Of a DNA stretch of 31,037 bases, positions 1-8,447 are shown piece after piece. The DNA lies in IMG/VR virus record IMGVR_UViG_3300025141_000479, positions 1 through 31,037 of that record; one strand, written 5' to 3'. A program made the position numbers and the translations under genes. The notes beneath the pieces were generated by a model. That model was not told the DNA's origin. It did no database searches and saw only the letters and a list, made by a program, of their open reading frames with translations. The stretch is from a virus (taxonomy: Duplodnaviria > Caudoviricetes). Within the stretch, counting starts at the first letter, position 1, and every line of letters starts with the position of its first letter.

Positions 1-2
1 CC

Positions 3-143
3 GATCGCGCCATGAGGGCCGAGATGAAAGCGAGCGACCAGACTCGATCCAGAGTCATCCGGCGCCTGATCCGGGAAGGGCTGCGAGGGCTGGGCCACGA
101 CATCCCGCTGACCTCGGATGAGAAGCGCGCAGACCGGGACTAG
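3..143 (+). CDS. Partial (5'-truncated) small protein, possible ribbon-helix-helix (CopG/Arc-like) regulator
   Basis: Hand translation ...DRAMRAEMKASDQTRSRVIRRLIREGLRGLGHDIPLTSDEKRADRD* with TAG at 141-143. The SxVIRxLIxEGL pattern resembles the second RHH helix. Confidence 0.45.
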   Translation, partial: DRAMRAEMKASDQTRSRVIRRLIREGLRGLGHDIPLTSDEKRADRD

Positions 144-166
144 TCTAGCCAAAGTGGCAGACAACC

Positions 167-189
167 GGGCATAGTTGCGGTCATAGTTG
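167..189 (+). repeat. Putative integrase arm-type sites (left arm)
   Basis: GGGCATAGTTG (167-177) and CGGTCATAGTTG (178-189); the same motif recurs at 341-360. Confidence 0.6.
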
Positions 190-200
190 GCCTTTTCCCG

Positions 201-239
201 AAAAGTGAAATCCCCCAAACCGTTAAGGTTGAGGGATTT
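201..239 (-). terminator. Hairpin plus short T-run downstream of the tRNA fragment (probable replacement terminator)
   Basis: Minus strand AAATCCCTCAACC-TTAAC-GGTTTGGGGGATTT followed by CACTTTT, starting 4 nt after the CCA end. Confidence 0.55.
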
Positions 240-243
240 AAAG

Positions 244-282
244 TGGCTCCTGCGGTAGGATTCGAACCTACGACCTAGTGGT
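244..282 (-). other. att core: 3' half of a tRNA-Asn-like gene (not a full tRNA)
   Basis: Minus strand A-CCACT-AGGTC-GTAGG-TTCGAAT-CCTAC-CGCAGGA-G-CCA gives the 3' anticodon stem, variable loop, perfect T arm, acceptor strand, G73 and CCA. The GGAGCCA end matches bacterial tRNA-Asn. The 5' half and anticodon are absent. Confidence 0.85.
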
Positions 283-335
283 AGCTTGTCCTTAACCCTC
301 AAGGCATTATGGCTTACTATCGTCAGAATGCGCTT

Positions 336-360
336 GTAGTCGGTCATAGTCGGTCATAGT
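336..360 (+). repeat. Putative integrase arm-type sites (right arm)
   Basis: CGGTCATAGT twice in tandem (341-350, 351-360), preceded by a partial copy (GTAGT), directly before the integrase ATG. Confidence 0.65.
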
Positions 361-361
361 C

Positions 362-1534
362 ATGGGCATGGCACATCTCTTCAAACAGAAGGAATCGAAG
401 TACTACTGGGTCAAGTTCTACGGCCCGGATGGATCGGTTGTCAGGAAGTCCACCAAGCAGACGGTGAAGCGAGAGGCAGCGAAGGTAGCCGTGGACCTGG
501 AGGCAGAGATGCGCCGGGAGGCCCTCAAGGAGACCGGACTGGGGAAGACCTTCCAGGATCTCCTGCGCCGGGCAGCGAACGATGCTGAGGAGGGATCCCT
601 CACCCTGGAGCGGCTAGAGGCACTGCTCCGGAGGGCTCACCAGATTGCCAACCCGGAATACCACCGGATCACCTTGGATGAGCACCTAGCGGCCTGGATT
701 GAAGGAGAGACTCCCCACATCTCAGAGAAGACCGTGAAAATATACGGCAACGTCCGCAGCCTTATGACTCAATCGCTCGGCAAGAAGACGGCCCAGGGGC
801 CGGTCGATGGTCTCACCACTAAAATGGTTCAGAAAGCGCTCAAAGCCATCAACAAGGACCATGCAGACAGCTACAGCAACTTGGTGCTCCGGGCCTTCCG
901 GAGAATGATGGAGGCCGCGGTCCAGCAGGGGCTCATTGCCAGCAATCCGGCCGGGCCCCAGATCAGGCCTTTCAAGGAGCGCGACAGCACCCGGAAGGAG
1001 CCCTTTACTAAGGAGGAGTTCTCCACCCTCCAGGCCTTCACCCGAGCCGCTTACGATCACGATGAGTGGGAGGGTCTCATTCTGATCGGTGGGCACACCG
1101 GCCTGCGCTTGGGGGACATCCTCGGGCTAACCAGCAAGAACGTCCACAAGGGCAACCTGGTCGTCAGATCAGCGAAGACTGGGGAGACGGTCACCATCCC
1201 GATCACTCCTCCGGTCTACGGGTGGATGGGAGAGAAGACCGGGCCCCTCTTCCCTCTGCTCTCCTCCAAGTCGATCCAGACCATTTCCGGCACCTTCACC
1301 CGGATCATGGCCCGGGCCGGTGTAGAGCGGGATGTGGAGGCTCCGGGAGGGGACGTAGGCAGGCGCAGCTTCCACAGTCTGCGACACAGCTTTGCCTCCT
1401 GGCTGGCCAACGCAGATGTCCACAGTGATGTTCGCAAGAAGCTCACAGGGCACAAGGCAGACGGGATCCATGCCCGTTACACCCACCATGACGAGGCTCT
1501 GTCCCGGGCAATGGAGAATCTGCCCGGAGCGTAA
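362..1534 (+). CDS. int: Tyrosine recombinase / phage integrase
   Basis: Catalytic set R (TGLRLGD), K (SAKTG), HxxR (FHSLRH), H (LTGH), Y (HARYTH). N-terminal arm-binding-like region (YYWVKFY...VRKST). Adjacent to a tRNA-derived att core. Confidence 0.96.
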   Translation: MGMAHLFKQKESKYYWVKFYGPDGSVVRKSTKQTVKREAAKVAVDLEAEMRREALKETGLGKTFQDLLRRAANDAEEGSLTLERLEALLRRAHQIANPEYHRITLDEHLAAWIEGETPHISEKTVKIYGNVRSLMTQSLGKKTAQGPVDGLTTKMVQKALKAINKDHADSYSNLVLRAFRRMMEAAVQQGLIASNPAGPQIRPFKERDSTRKEPFTKEEFSTLQAFTRAAYDHDEWEGLILIGGHTGLRLGDILGLTSKNVHKGNLVVRSAKTGETVTIPITPPVYGWMGEKTGPLFPLLSSKSIQTISGTFTRIMARAGVERDVEAPGGDVGRRSFHSLRHSFASWLANADVHSDVRKKLTGHKADGIHARYTHHDEALSRAMENLPGA

Positions 1535-1577
1535 GAAAAGGGTTCCTCCTTTGATTCCGGGGGCTAAAATCCCCCCT

Positions 1578-1799
1578 ATGGAAGACTTCGAGCGCGCATG
1601 GCTATCAGTTAAGGCTGCGACAGCCTATTGCGGACTCGGTGAGAGGACCCTGCAGCGGGAGATTAAAAGGGGAACCATCAAGAGCAAGCTCTACACCACC
1701 GGAAACGGGAAGCATGGCAAGAAACGGAGGCTGATTTCCAGGGCTTCGATGGACAACTGGATCGAATCTCTCCCTGACGCACCTGGCCAGTTGAATTAA
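1578..1799 (+). CDS. Excisionase-like HTH DNA-binding protein (73 aa)
   Basis: From ATG 1578: WLSVKAATAYCGLGERTLQREIKRGTIK...RRLISRASMDNWIE, an excisionase (HTH_17)-type pattern. Lies directly downstream of the integrase. Confidence 0.8.
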   Translation: MEDFERAWLSVKAATAYCGLGERTLQREIKRGTIKSKLYTTGNGKHGKKRRLISRASMDNWIESLPDAPGQLN

Positions 1800-1810
1800 T
1801 TTCAACTTTT
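1789..1810 (+). terminator. Weak AT-rich inverted repeat at the end of the excisionase-like gene
   Basis: AGTTGAA-TTAAT-TTCAACT followed by TTT, between convergent transcription units. Confidence 0.3.
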
Positions 1811-1990
1811 CTGCAAAGAGCGATTTAAAGATCGGCTGAGCGACAGAAATGCCGGGTTGCCTACAAACTCCACTTGGGCATTGGAGCGTTTTTGCGGCTC
1901 CTTCGACGAGACGCTACGCGAGCAAAAGCCTCCTCCAGGACAACGTCCACGGGGTCAGTTGTATGCTCCTGAGAGGCCGCTCTGGCCAGC

Positions 1991-4900
1991 TCAACGAATT
2001 TTCTCTGTTCCAGCTTCGACAAGCCACTCTTGGACTCCCGGCTGGAAAAATGCTTCCCGTAGGTCTTGGACATGAGTTTTGCGGAGGGTTTCCTCCTTTT
2101 TGGTTTCCGCAGCAGGGAGAGTGTAGTCGTGCTCTACCAGTCTGCGCTTCTGTAGGAAAGTAATGATATTTCGGCCGTGATCAAGCCTGCGGGGTTCTCT
2201 CCCGGTGGGGAAGTAGACCTCCGCGGCAGCATCGAAGCTACCCTTAAAGGCTCCGATCTCTCCGGTCCAGCCGTTCTTGGCCCAGGTATCTTTCTCTGCG
2301 AACCACATGAGTGCCTGGAGGTCGTCCGGGGACATCTCCAGCCTCTCTGCAGCCCGGGCAAAGACCATCTGCCCGAGGGCAAAGTCGAGGTTGTTCACTC
2401 CTGTCTCAGACTCGGGCTGGATCCTCCAGCGCTGGGTGCCTCGGTGAAAGATCCTGCGCAACGTCCGCGCGGCCCAGACATCTATGGTGGCCCGGAGGGA
2501 GGTCCCAAAGAGGTTCATCGCGAACTGCGGAGTTTTGGGTGCTGCTACCTCTTGGAACCATACCCCGGCCACCACCCTGAGGACTGCGCTGCCGTTTGCA
2601 TTAAATAGTGCTCCGTTGTACTGCTGCGGCATCAGGTTCTTTGCCTCGATGTAATCATCTGCCAGCTTCGACAGGGTCTTCCCTTTGGGCTTGATCCCTT
2701 CTTTGATCAGCAGCTCCCGAGTAGCATCGATGCCTTCTTTCAGGGCACTGCGCAGAGCCAGGTAAGCGGGGATGGTCTCCTCGAACTTGCCGTTCTGGTA
2801 CTGGTCGAGAACGTCCATCGATTGACTGAAGTTCGTCTCCACCGGGGTCTGCGCAGAGGTGGCTCCCAGGAACTGCGTGAAGATGTCGAAGAAGTCCCCC
2901 AGGGCTCCACCCAGCTTCTCCCGCATCCTAGAATACCAACCCAGGCCGGAGGCAATCTCCGGGATGTTCAGGGCCCTGGTGGCTTCCTCAACGAGAAGGT
3001 CTGCCGCATGATCGACCGATCCGTTCTCGGCCAGCTCGCGCAGCTTGTTCTTGTTGGGGCCGGTGAGGTCGTAGTGCCTGTTCCCGTCCTCTAAGTAACC
3101 TATGGTCGGATCCCGGGGCGCCGGGTGAGGTTCGTCTACAAAGGTCCCCTCGGTCAGCTTGTAGGGCACCTCAATAGGTTTCGGCTTGCCGTACTTGTCA
3201 AAGACCAGCTCCCCAGTCCGGTGGGTCTTGTAGCGAACCGGGATGGCCTCTGGCCCATGCTCTTCCCCCTTTAAGGCTCCCTGGTCTCTGAACCTTCTTG
3301 CAGGTTGTCGTCCTGGTCGTCCGAGTCCGAGGTCCTCGGAATACTTTTCGTAGACTGTCTGGAGACGGGAGCCGATCCTACGGTCCACCCCTGTGAGTAT
3401 ATTGGGTCGTCCGAGGCTGCGCGCCTTTTCCTTGATGGCTTGCCGAAAATATTCACCTCCGGGGGCTGATTTGATGACGTTTCCATCTTCTTCGATAATA
3501 TCGTCTGGAGTCCAGTTATTGAACTCGTAAAACGTGTCTGTGTCAAATTCGACATACTCGTTGATTTTGACATACTCCGCTACCTCATCGAGAACTCCAT
3601 CCCGGATTGCCGGAGTGATGTCCGGGTTGAAGCCCAGGTGAACCAGGTTGAAGCCTTCTGGAGTAGGGTAAAAGGCAAAGTCCTCTGCGGCCTTGCGCTT
3701 CTTGAGCCCGGCATCCCGCAGAGCCTTCTTGACCGTTCGCATGACCCCGGTCACCTCACTCTTGGTCTTCAGGCCGCGACCGAGATAGAATTGAGCCCCA
3801 GTCATTTTCCCACCTTCGACCGGGTTGTAACCGGCTACAGCTTCCTGGTAGGTGTAGTAGCCGCGAATCAGCGCATAGAGTTCGGCCGCTTCCCTGGAAA
3901 CAAATCCTCCAACTTGCCGGGCTTGGTTGATCTCAATCTTGCCGGTCTTGTTGATGTAGACGCTCATCGCAGGCTCGGTTGTCTTCAGCCCCTCTGGACC
4001 GAGCAAGCCAGCCAGGCCCATCTCGTGAGCGATCACGTCTCCGGACTTGGGATGAGATATTGCCTCCTCAATTTCGCGGAAGAACCTGCGCTGAACGGAT
4101 GCTTTCGCGGTATGCAATCCTCTCAGGATTCTTGAGCCAAACCCGGGTTGGTTCTCGACTGAGACAACCGGCTCGGACGGGTCAAAGTAAGTTGGGTAGT
4201 CCCCCACCCACTCCGGCTTGGCAGGCATCCTCCGGATGTCGTCGCTCTTGGGATCAAACCGTTCCGACAGCGGGATCAGGTTGCCCTGGTCGTCGTAGGT
4301 CGCAGGGTCGGCAGACTTGATCTGATTGGAGTCAAACACCGCTACAACGTCTCCCTCCGGATGCGAGATATGCACTGAGTCTCGTCCCCTTTTTCTAAAC
4401 TCCGCAACGTCCTCTGCGTCCCATTCAAAATGCCTCCCGTCTGTCAGGCCGTTAATGCGTTCGGGGTTCTTTGATAGTACAAAAAGCTCCCGCACTTTAG
4501 ACCCAAACCTTCCAGCGAAATCCTTGCTGTCGCTAAAGTAAGCTGGCACGTCAAAGCGAGTGAAGGACTCGTCCTCAGTGCCGTGGTAAAGACGTGCCAG
4601 CCCTGCTTTCTCCCCAGCATCATCCACCATCCTCTGCGCGGTCTCAGTGTCACCGGTCTCGACCGCAGCGCGGTGGTCAGCGTCTAGCTGCTCCGGCATC
4701 CTCCGGATGTCGTCCGGATTCGGCATCAGGTTCTGCTGCCATTCCTCTACGCGGAAGGGCAATGCCTTCGCATTGGCAAGACGAGCGCGATTGATGCGAT
4801 CCAACCGGAAGCTCTTTATCGAAGCGTACTTGTTCTTAAAGCCCTTGAATATCGGCTTGAGGAGAAGCGGATTCTTTGCAGTGTGTTCCTTGTTGATCTC

Positions 4901-7900
4901 TCCCAGAATCGCATTGAGGAAGTTGACCTTGTCCTGTCTGCCAAAGTGTTCGAGGTTGAGTTTCCCTTCCTTGTGATTCTTGGCCAGGGTTTCCAGGTCC
5001 CGCATGATCTCTGCCGTGCTGTTGTAGAGTTCCTTGCCGAGCTTCGTATTGAATGCCTTCTCTGCGTTGTTCTGGAGCTGATCCATGTCGATCATCCGGA
5101 ACAGGATGTTGCCAAGTTTCGAGACGGTAATGTCGTAGGGCACTCCGAGCTTGCGCTTGGCTAGTCGTCCCTGCTTGGGGACTCGCTTCTTCCCTACCTT
5201 GTCTGTCGAGTAGATCCCGTGGTAGTGGAGATGGAACGAGTCACCAGGTGCTCGGTTGACCGCATCTATCATCCCCTCGAAGATCTTTAGCTGCCGCGGA
5301 TTGTACCAACCACTCTCGTGCAGGAGTCGGAGAACCTCGTCCCACTGCGTTCTGGAGAGTCGGTAGGCCTTCTCCCCGTTCTTAAATGTGACCGGTTCCA
5401 CTCCATACCTCTCAGCCAGATCCTGAATGATGGTGAGCCCTGCAGTCGCTCGTCCCTTCCAAGTTTCCTCATCGATGCCTTCCGGCCGTCCGTTGGGCAG
5501 ATACTTGACATTGCCGTCTTCATCAAAAGCGTAGTTGACGAGGTCTTCCTCGATAGCTCTGGCCTCTTCTTCCGCGGTCAGAGGTTCGGCCTGGCTTAGT
5601 GCTCGGTTGACGGCCTTCTCTGAGACGCTCTCGACGGTCCTTCCTGCGTTCTCTCGCAAGTAGGTCTCAGTCGCGCGAGCCAGCGTAGGGCTTTGTGCAA
5701 TCGCACCCATGACTCCCTGGCCAGAGGTAGGATTGCCGTGCCGGTCGAACAGCACTCCGTTCCTCAGAAGGAACTCCCGTCCGAATGCGAACCTGTTAAG
5801 TGTGCCATCGATGAGACGACGAACAAGCGGGTGGCGCCTGACCAGCTCCTGGAGTTTGATCCGGTTCCCGGACAAGGCTGCACCAACGGATTCCGCGTAG
5901 TATTCCAGGGCCAGTTCGTCGTCTCCGATCGTCTCTCCCCTGCGCGCTTCGTACTTCTGCTTCACTTCTTTGCCCAGCTCGTTAAGCGGCATCAGTTCCG
6001 GAAGCACTGTGCCGAGGCCTGCTTCACCAGGGTCATCCGGAAGAATTATGTTTCCCTCTGCGTCCATCCGGGCCCGGTCTCTCTCAGCCTGCAGTTCGGC
6101 CTCAGAGGGAAGGACCACCTCTCCCCGCTGGTTCTTCTTTGCCTCGGACAAAAGATACTGCGACTCGGTCATGCGCAGGGCCCCGTTAGGCCCCACAAGC
6201 TCTTCCTTGACCAGGTCAACCAGTCCACGGTCGTGGAGATGGTGAGCAACTTCGTGACCGATCAAGGCACTCATCGGATCCCGTGAGTTAGTCGCGATGG
6301 TCATCCGTTTTGTCTTATTGTTCCAGGAGCTTTCTGTCGCGTCCGGGTCGAACCTCCAGTCAATGTCCGGGAAGGTGGCTCCATACACTCCAGCTTCTCT
6401 GCGATGCTCTGGGCCCAGCCGGTCGAACGCAGCTCTTTGCTGATCAGTGTCGAGGTCCCTGCGGAGTTCTGCCGCATCAGCCAGGGCCATCCTGTCGAAC
6501 TCAGCCCTCTTTGCTATCGCAGGCATCCCTCCCATGCCGTGCACCATGCCCTTTACCATTCCGGGAGAACTGAAGAGCAATCCCTCGGACATCATCTCTG
6601 CAGCCCACACTTCCGGGCCTCGGTGAAGGCTCCCCATCATGGCAAACGGAGCCTCTGCAATCATGCCCTTGACTCCGGCTCCTGCGGCCTTCCCTGTCAC
6701 CCGTGCCGGATAGCGGAAGAGGTCCATTCCCAGAGCCCCATTGCGAGCCCATACGTTTCCCTTCGAAGCCTCTGCCACTCGCAGCCAGTAAGGATTGGTT
6801 GCTCGTCGCTGGAGAAGCTCCGCTCCCATGCCCCCAACCGTCATAAATGCGGCCTTCAGGATGTTGAGGCGCCCGGGGAGAGTTGCCAGCAGTCCCACTC
6901 CGGCAAGCACCGGCCCACCGACCGCAAATCCCGCTCCGGTGCCAGCAGCAGACCCTGCAACCAATGCAAAGCCTCTAAATTTATTTGCGGTGGAAATGCC
7001 AACTTTCGCGCTGTCCAGCATATCGAGTGCCTTGGTTCCCCAATCTCTCTTTCCGAGGAACCTTTCTGCTCCTGACATGGCCTTCGACAGGGCTGCAGTT
7101 GTCTGGCTCGCTACTCCGCGGGTCAGGTCTTTAAGTGAGCCTCCCAGTCCGGTGGTGGCTTCGATCTTCCCGAGTTGACCCTGCAGTTCTCCAATCTCGT
7201 CAGTGAGCGCTGCAACCTTCTGCTTGTAAGCACCCGTGGGGATAACCTTCTCCCCTTTCCTGACGTGGGGAGTGGCCTGTACCCCCTTGTCGATATATCG
7301 CTGGACGAGCGCGCGTTTGGCCGTCTTCTCCGCGATTTCCCGATTAAGTTTAGTGGCCGTCCTCATCAACCGTTTCCCGATCTTGAGGCTCCAGCTTGCC
7401 GCTAGCGTTGCAGGGATGGGAAGGTCCAAAAATTCACCCCCCGAGGCAAAGCGCTGATCATTTCTCTGGAGAAGTTGCTTGGGCACCCTTTCTCGGGCAT
7501 CCCTGACCCACTCTTTGGCTCGCTCGATTTCCTTTAATTGCAGATCTAAGTCTGGCTCCACCCCAAACCAGCCAGGGACCATCTCCTCCATTGTCTGCAT
7601 GAAGGACACTGCCTGCGCAATCCCATCCACCGCATCCATGTCATCGAACTCCTGCATGGCTTCCTCAAACTCATAGAGCTTCTGAATGTAGTTGGCTTCC
7701 TGGTCTTTACCGTAGAGTTCTTTCGCGGCCCAGGCCGTCTGTAGCGCGAGGCCCTTGCTGATCCATACCTGATTTCTCCCCGCTTCCACAGCAGCCTTGC
7801 CTATTGAAGCTGCGGTCATGTCATCTGCAATCTGATCCACCTCCTCCAAAGACACATCACCGGCTTCCCTGGCTTGTCGAAGCAGGTAGCCCGGGAACGC

Positions 7901-8446
7901 TCCAGGCAGAATTGTCTGCAGCGCAGGAGCAAGTGGGGCGCCGAAAAGTTCGGCTCCACCGAGCCAGTCGTAGAACCAGTTCACTTCTTTCGGGGTCACA
8001 GCTCGGGCCGTTATCCCTGCAGCAGTGGCAGCTTGCGGGACCATCTCAGTGGCTAGAGCCTTTATCCCCATTATAACCACCTTGTGAAAGGGGAGTTTCT
8101 CTCCGGTCTCCGGATCTCGAGGGGCAATCTTGTCTTCCCACTCGTCCCAGGCGCCTAGCTCATGCCATCTCGCAAATGCCTCCTCTCCTTCGCTTACGGC
8201 CGTCCGCTTGTCCATGAAATAGATCCGGCCATCCTCGGTTTTGCTGAAGTCTGGCTGAATGAATCCACGGTCGAAGTATCCTCTGAATCTATCAGTAACC
8301 CCCGGGTCGAATTCGTACTTCCGCAGGTTCAGTTCAAGGGTGCCCCGAGGAGTAACCTGTCCCTCGGGGGAGACAAATCCCTGCTTCTGCAACCGTTCCA
8401 GTTGCTCTTGCCGTTGCGCCTGGAGGTCGAGAATCTCCGCTGGCAT
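1991..8446 (-). CDS. Large polyvalent internal virion/ejection protein (2151 aa) with zincin-like, ART-PolyVal-like and C-terminal DNA-glycosylase-like domains
   Basis: Last gene of the virion operon. Motifs: GHEVAHH...ELALEYYAE; LYHGT..F..FD...YFS...VFDSNQIKSA; GWY...GATSAQTPVETN...F.MNL...TIDVW...LQALMW. Confidence 0.8.
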   Translation of the reverse strand: MPAEILDLQAQRQEQLERLQKQGFVSPEGQVTPRGTLELNLRKYEFDPGVTDRFRGYFDRGFIQPDFSKTEDGRIYFMDKRTAVSEGEEAFARWHELGAWDEWEDKIAPRDPETGEKLPFHKVVIMGIKALATEMVPQAATAAGITARAVTPKEVNWFYDWLGGAELFGAPLAPALQTILPGAFPGYLLRQAREAGDVSLEEVDQIADDMTAASIGKAAVEAGRNQVWISKGLALQTAWAAKELYGKDQEANYIQKLYEFEEAMQEFDDMDAVDGIAQAVSFMQTMEEMVPGWFGVEPDLDLQLKEIERAKEWVRDARERVPKQLLQRNDQRFASGGEFLDLPIPATLAASWSLKIGKRLMRTATKLNREIAEKTAKRALVQRYIDKGVQATPHVRKGEKVIPTGAYKQKVAALTDEIGELQGQLGKIEATTGLGGSLKDLTRGVASQTTAALSKAMSGAERFLGKRDWGTKALDMLDSAKVGISTANKFRGFALVAGSAAGTGAGFAVGGPVLAGVGLLATLPGRLNILKAAFMTVGGMGAELLQRRATNPYWLRVAEASKGNVWARNGALGMDLFRYPARVTGKAAGAGVKGMIAEAPFAMMGSLHRGPEVWAAEMMSEGLLFSSPGMVKGMVHGMGGMPAIAKRAEFDRMALADAAELRRDLDTDQQRAAFDRLGPEHRREAGVYGATFPDIDWRFDPDATESSWNNKTKRMTIATNSRDPMSALIGHEVAHHLHDRGLVDLVKEELVGPNGALRMTESQYLLSEAKKNQRGEVVLPSEAELQAERDRARMDAEGNIILPDDPGEAGLGTVLPELMPLNELGKEVKQKYEARRGETIGDDELALEYYAESVGAALSGNRIKLQELVRRHPLVRRLIDGTLNRFAFGREFLLRNGVLFDRHGNPTSGQGVMGAIAQSPTLARATETYLRENAGRTVESVSEKAVNRALSQAEPLTAEEEARAIEEDLVNYAFDEDGNVKYLPNGRPEGIDEETWKGRATAGLTIIQDLAERYGVEPVTFKNGEKAYRLSRTQWDEVLRLLHESGWYNPRQLKIFEGMIDAVNRAPGDSFHLHYHGIYSTDKVGKKRVPKQGRLAKRKLGVPYDITVSKLGNILFRMIDMDQLQNNAEKAFNTKLGKELYNSTAEIMRDLETLAKNHKEGKLNLEHFGRQDKVNFLNAILGEINKEHTAKNPLLLKPIFKGFKNKYASIKSFRLDRINRARLANAKALPFRVEEWQQNLMPNPDDIRRMPEQLDADHRAAVETGDTETAQRMVDDAGEKAGLARLYHGTEDESFTRFDVPAYFSDSKDFAGRFGSKVRELFVLSKNPERINGLTDGRHFEWDAEDVAEFRKRGRDSVHISHPEGDVVAVFDSNQIKSADPATYDDQGNLIPLSERFDPKSDDIRRMPAKPEWVGDYPTYFDPSEPVVSVENQPGFGSRILRGLHTAKASVQRRFFREIEEAISHPKSGDVIAHEMGLAGLLGPEGLKTTEPAMSVYINKTGKIEINQARQVGGFVSREAAELYALIRGYYTYQEAVAGYNPVEGGKMTGAQFYLGRGLKTKSEVTGVMRTVKKALRDAGLKKRKAAEDFAFYPTPEGFNLVHLGFNPDITPAIRDGVLDEVAEYVKINEYVEFDTDTFYEFNNWTPDDIIEEDGNVIKSAPGGEYFRQAIKEKARSLGRPNILTGVDRRIGSRLQTVYEKYSEDLGLGRPGRQPARRFRDQGALKGEEHGPEAIPVRYKTHRTGELVFDKYGKPKPIEVPYKLTEGTFVDEPHPAPRDPTIGYLEDGNRHYDLTGPNKNKLRELAENGSVDHAADLLVEEATRALNIPEIASGLGWYSRMREKLGGALGDFFDIFTQFLGATSAQTPVETNFSQSMDVLDQYQNGKFEETIPAYLALRSALKEGIDATRELLIKEGIKPKGKTLSKLADDYIEAKNLMPQQYNGALFNANGSAVLRVVAGVWFQEVAAPKTPQFAMNLFGTSLRATIDVWAARTLRRIFHRGTQRWRIQPESETGVNNLDFALGQMVFARAAERLEMSPDDLQALMWFAEKDTWAKNGWTGEIGAFKGSFDAAAEVYFPTGREPRRLDHGRNIITFLQKRRLVEHDYTLPAAETKKEETLRKTHVQDLREAFFQPGVQEWLVEAGTEKIR
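4224..4714. repeat. 20-bp exact direct repeat pair bracketing the ART-like domain
   Basis: GGCATCCTCCGGATGTCGTC at 4224-4243 and 4695-4714, each encoding DDIRRMP on the minus strand. Confidence 0.9.
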
Positions 8447-8447
8447 T

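Noticed and set aside
244-320. Intact tRNA gene
   Set aside because: The anticodon, D arm and 5' acceptor strand are missing; only the 3' 39 nt are tRNA-like.
1392-1577. N-terminal extension of the excisionase-like ORF (135-aa call)
   Set aside because: It overlaps the integrase C-terminus; the recognisable domain starts at ATG 1578.
1849-2163. Small ORFs between the excisionase-like gene and the large virion gene
   Set aside because: Three mutually overlapping ORFs with no recognisable motifs, all overlapping the end of the 2151-aa gene; none can be supported.
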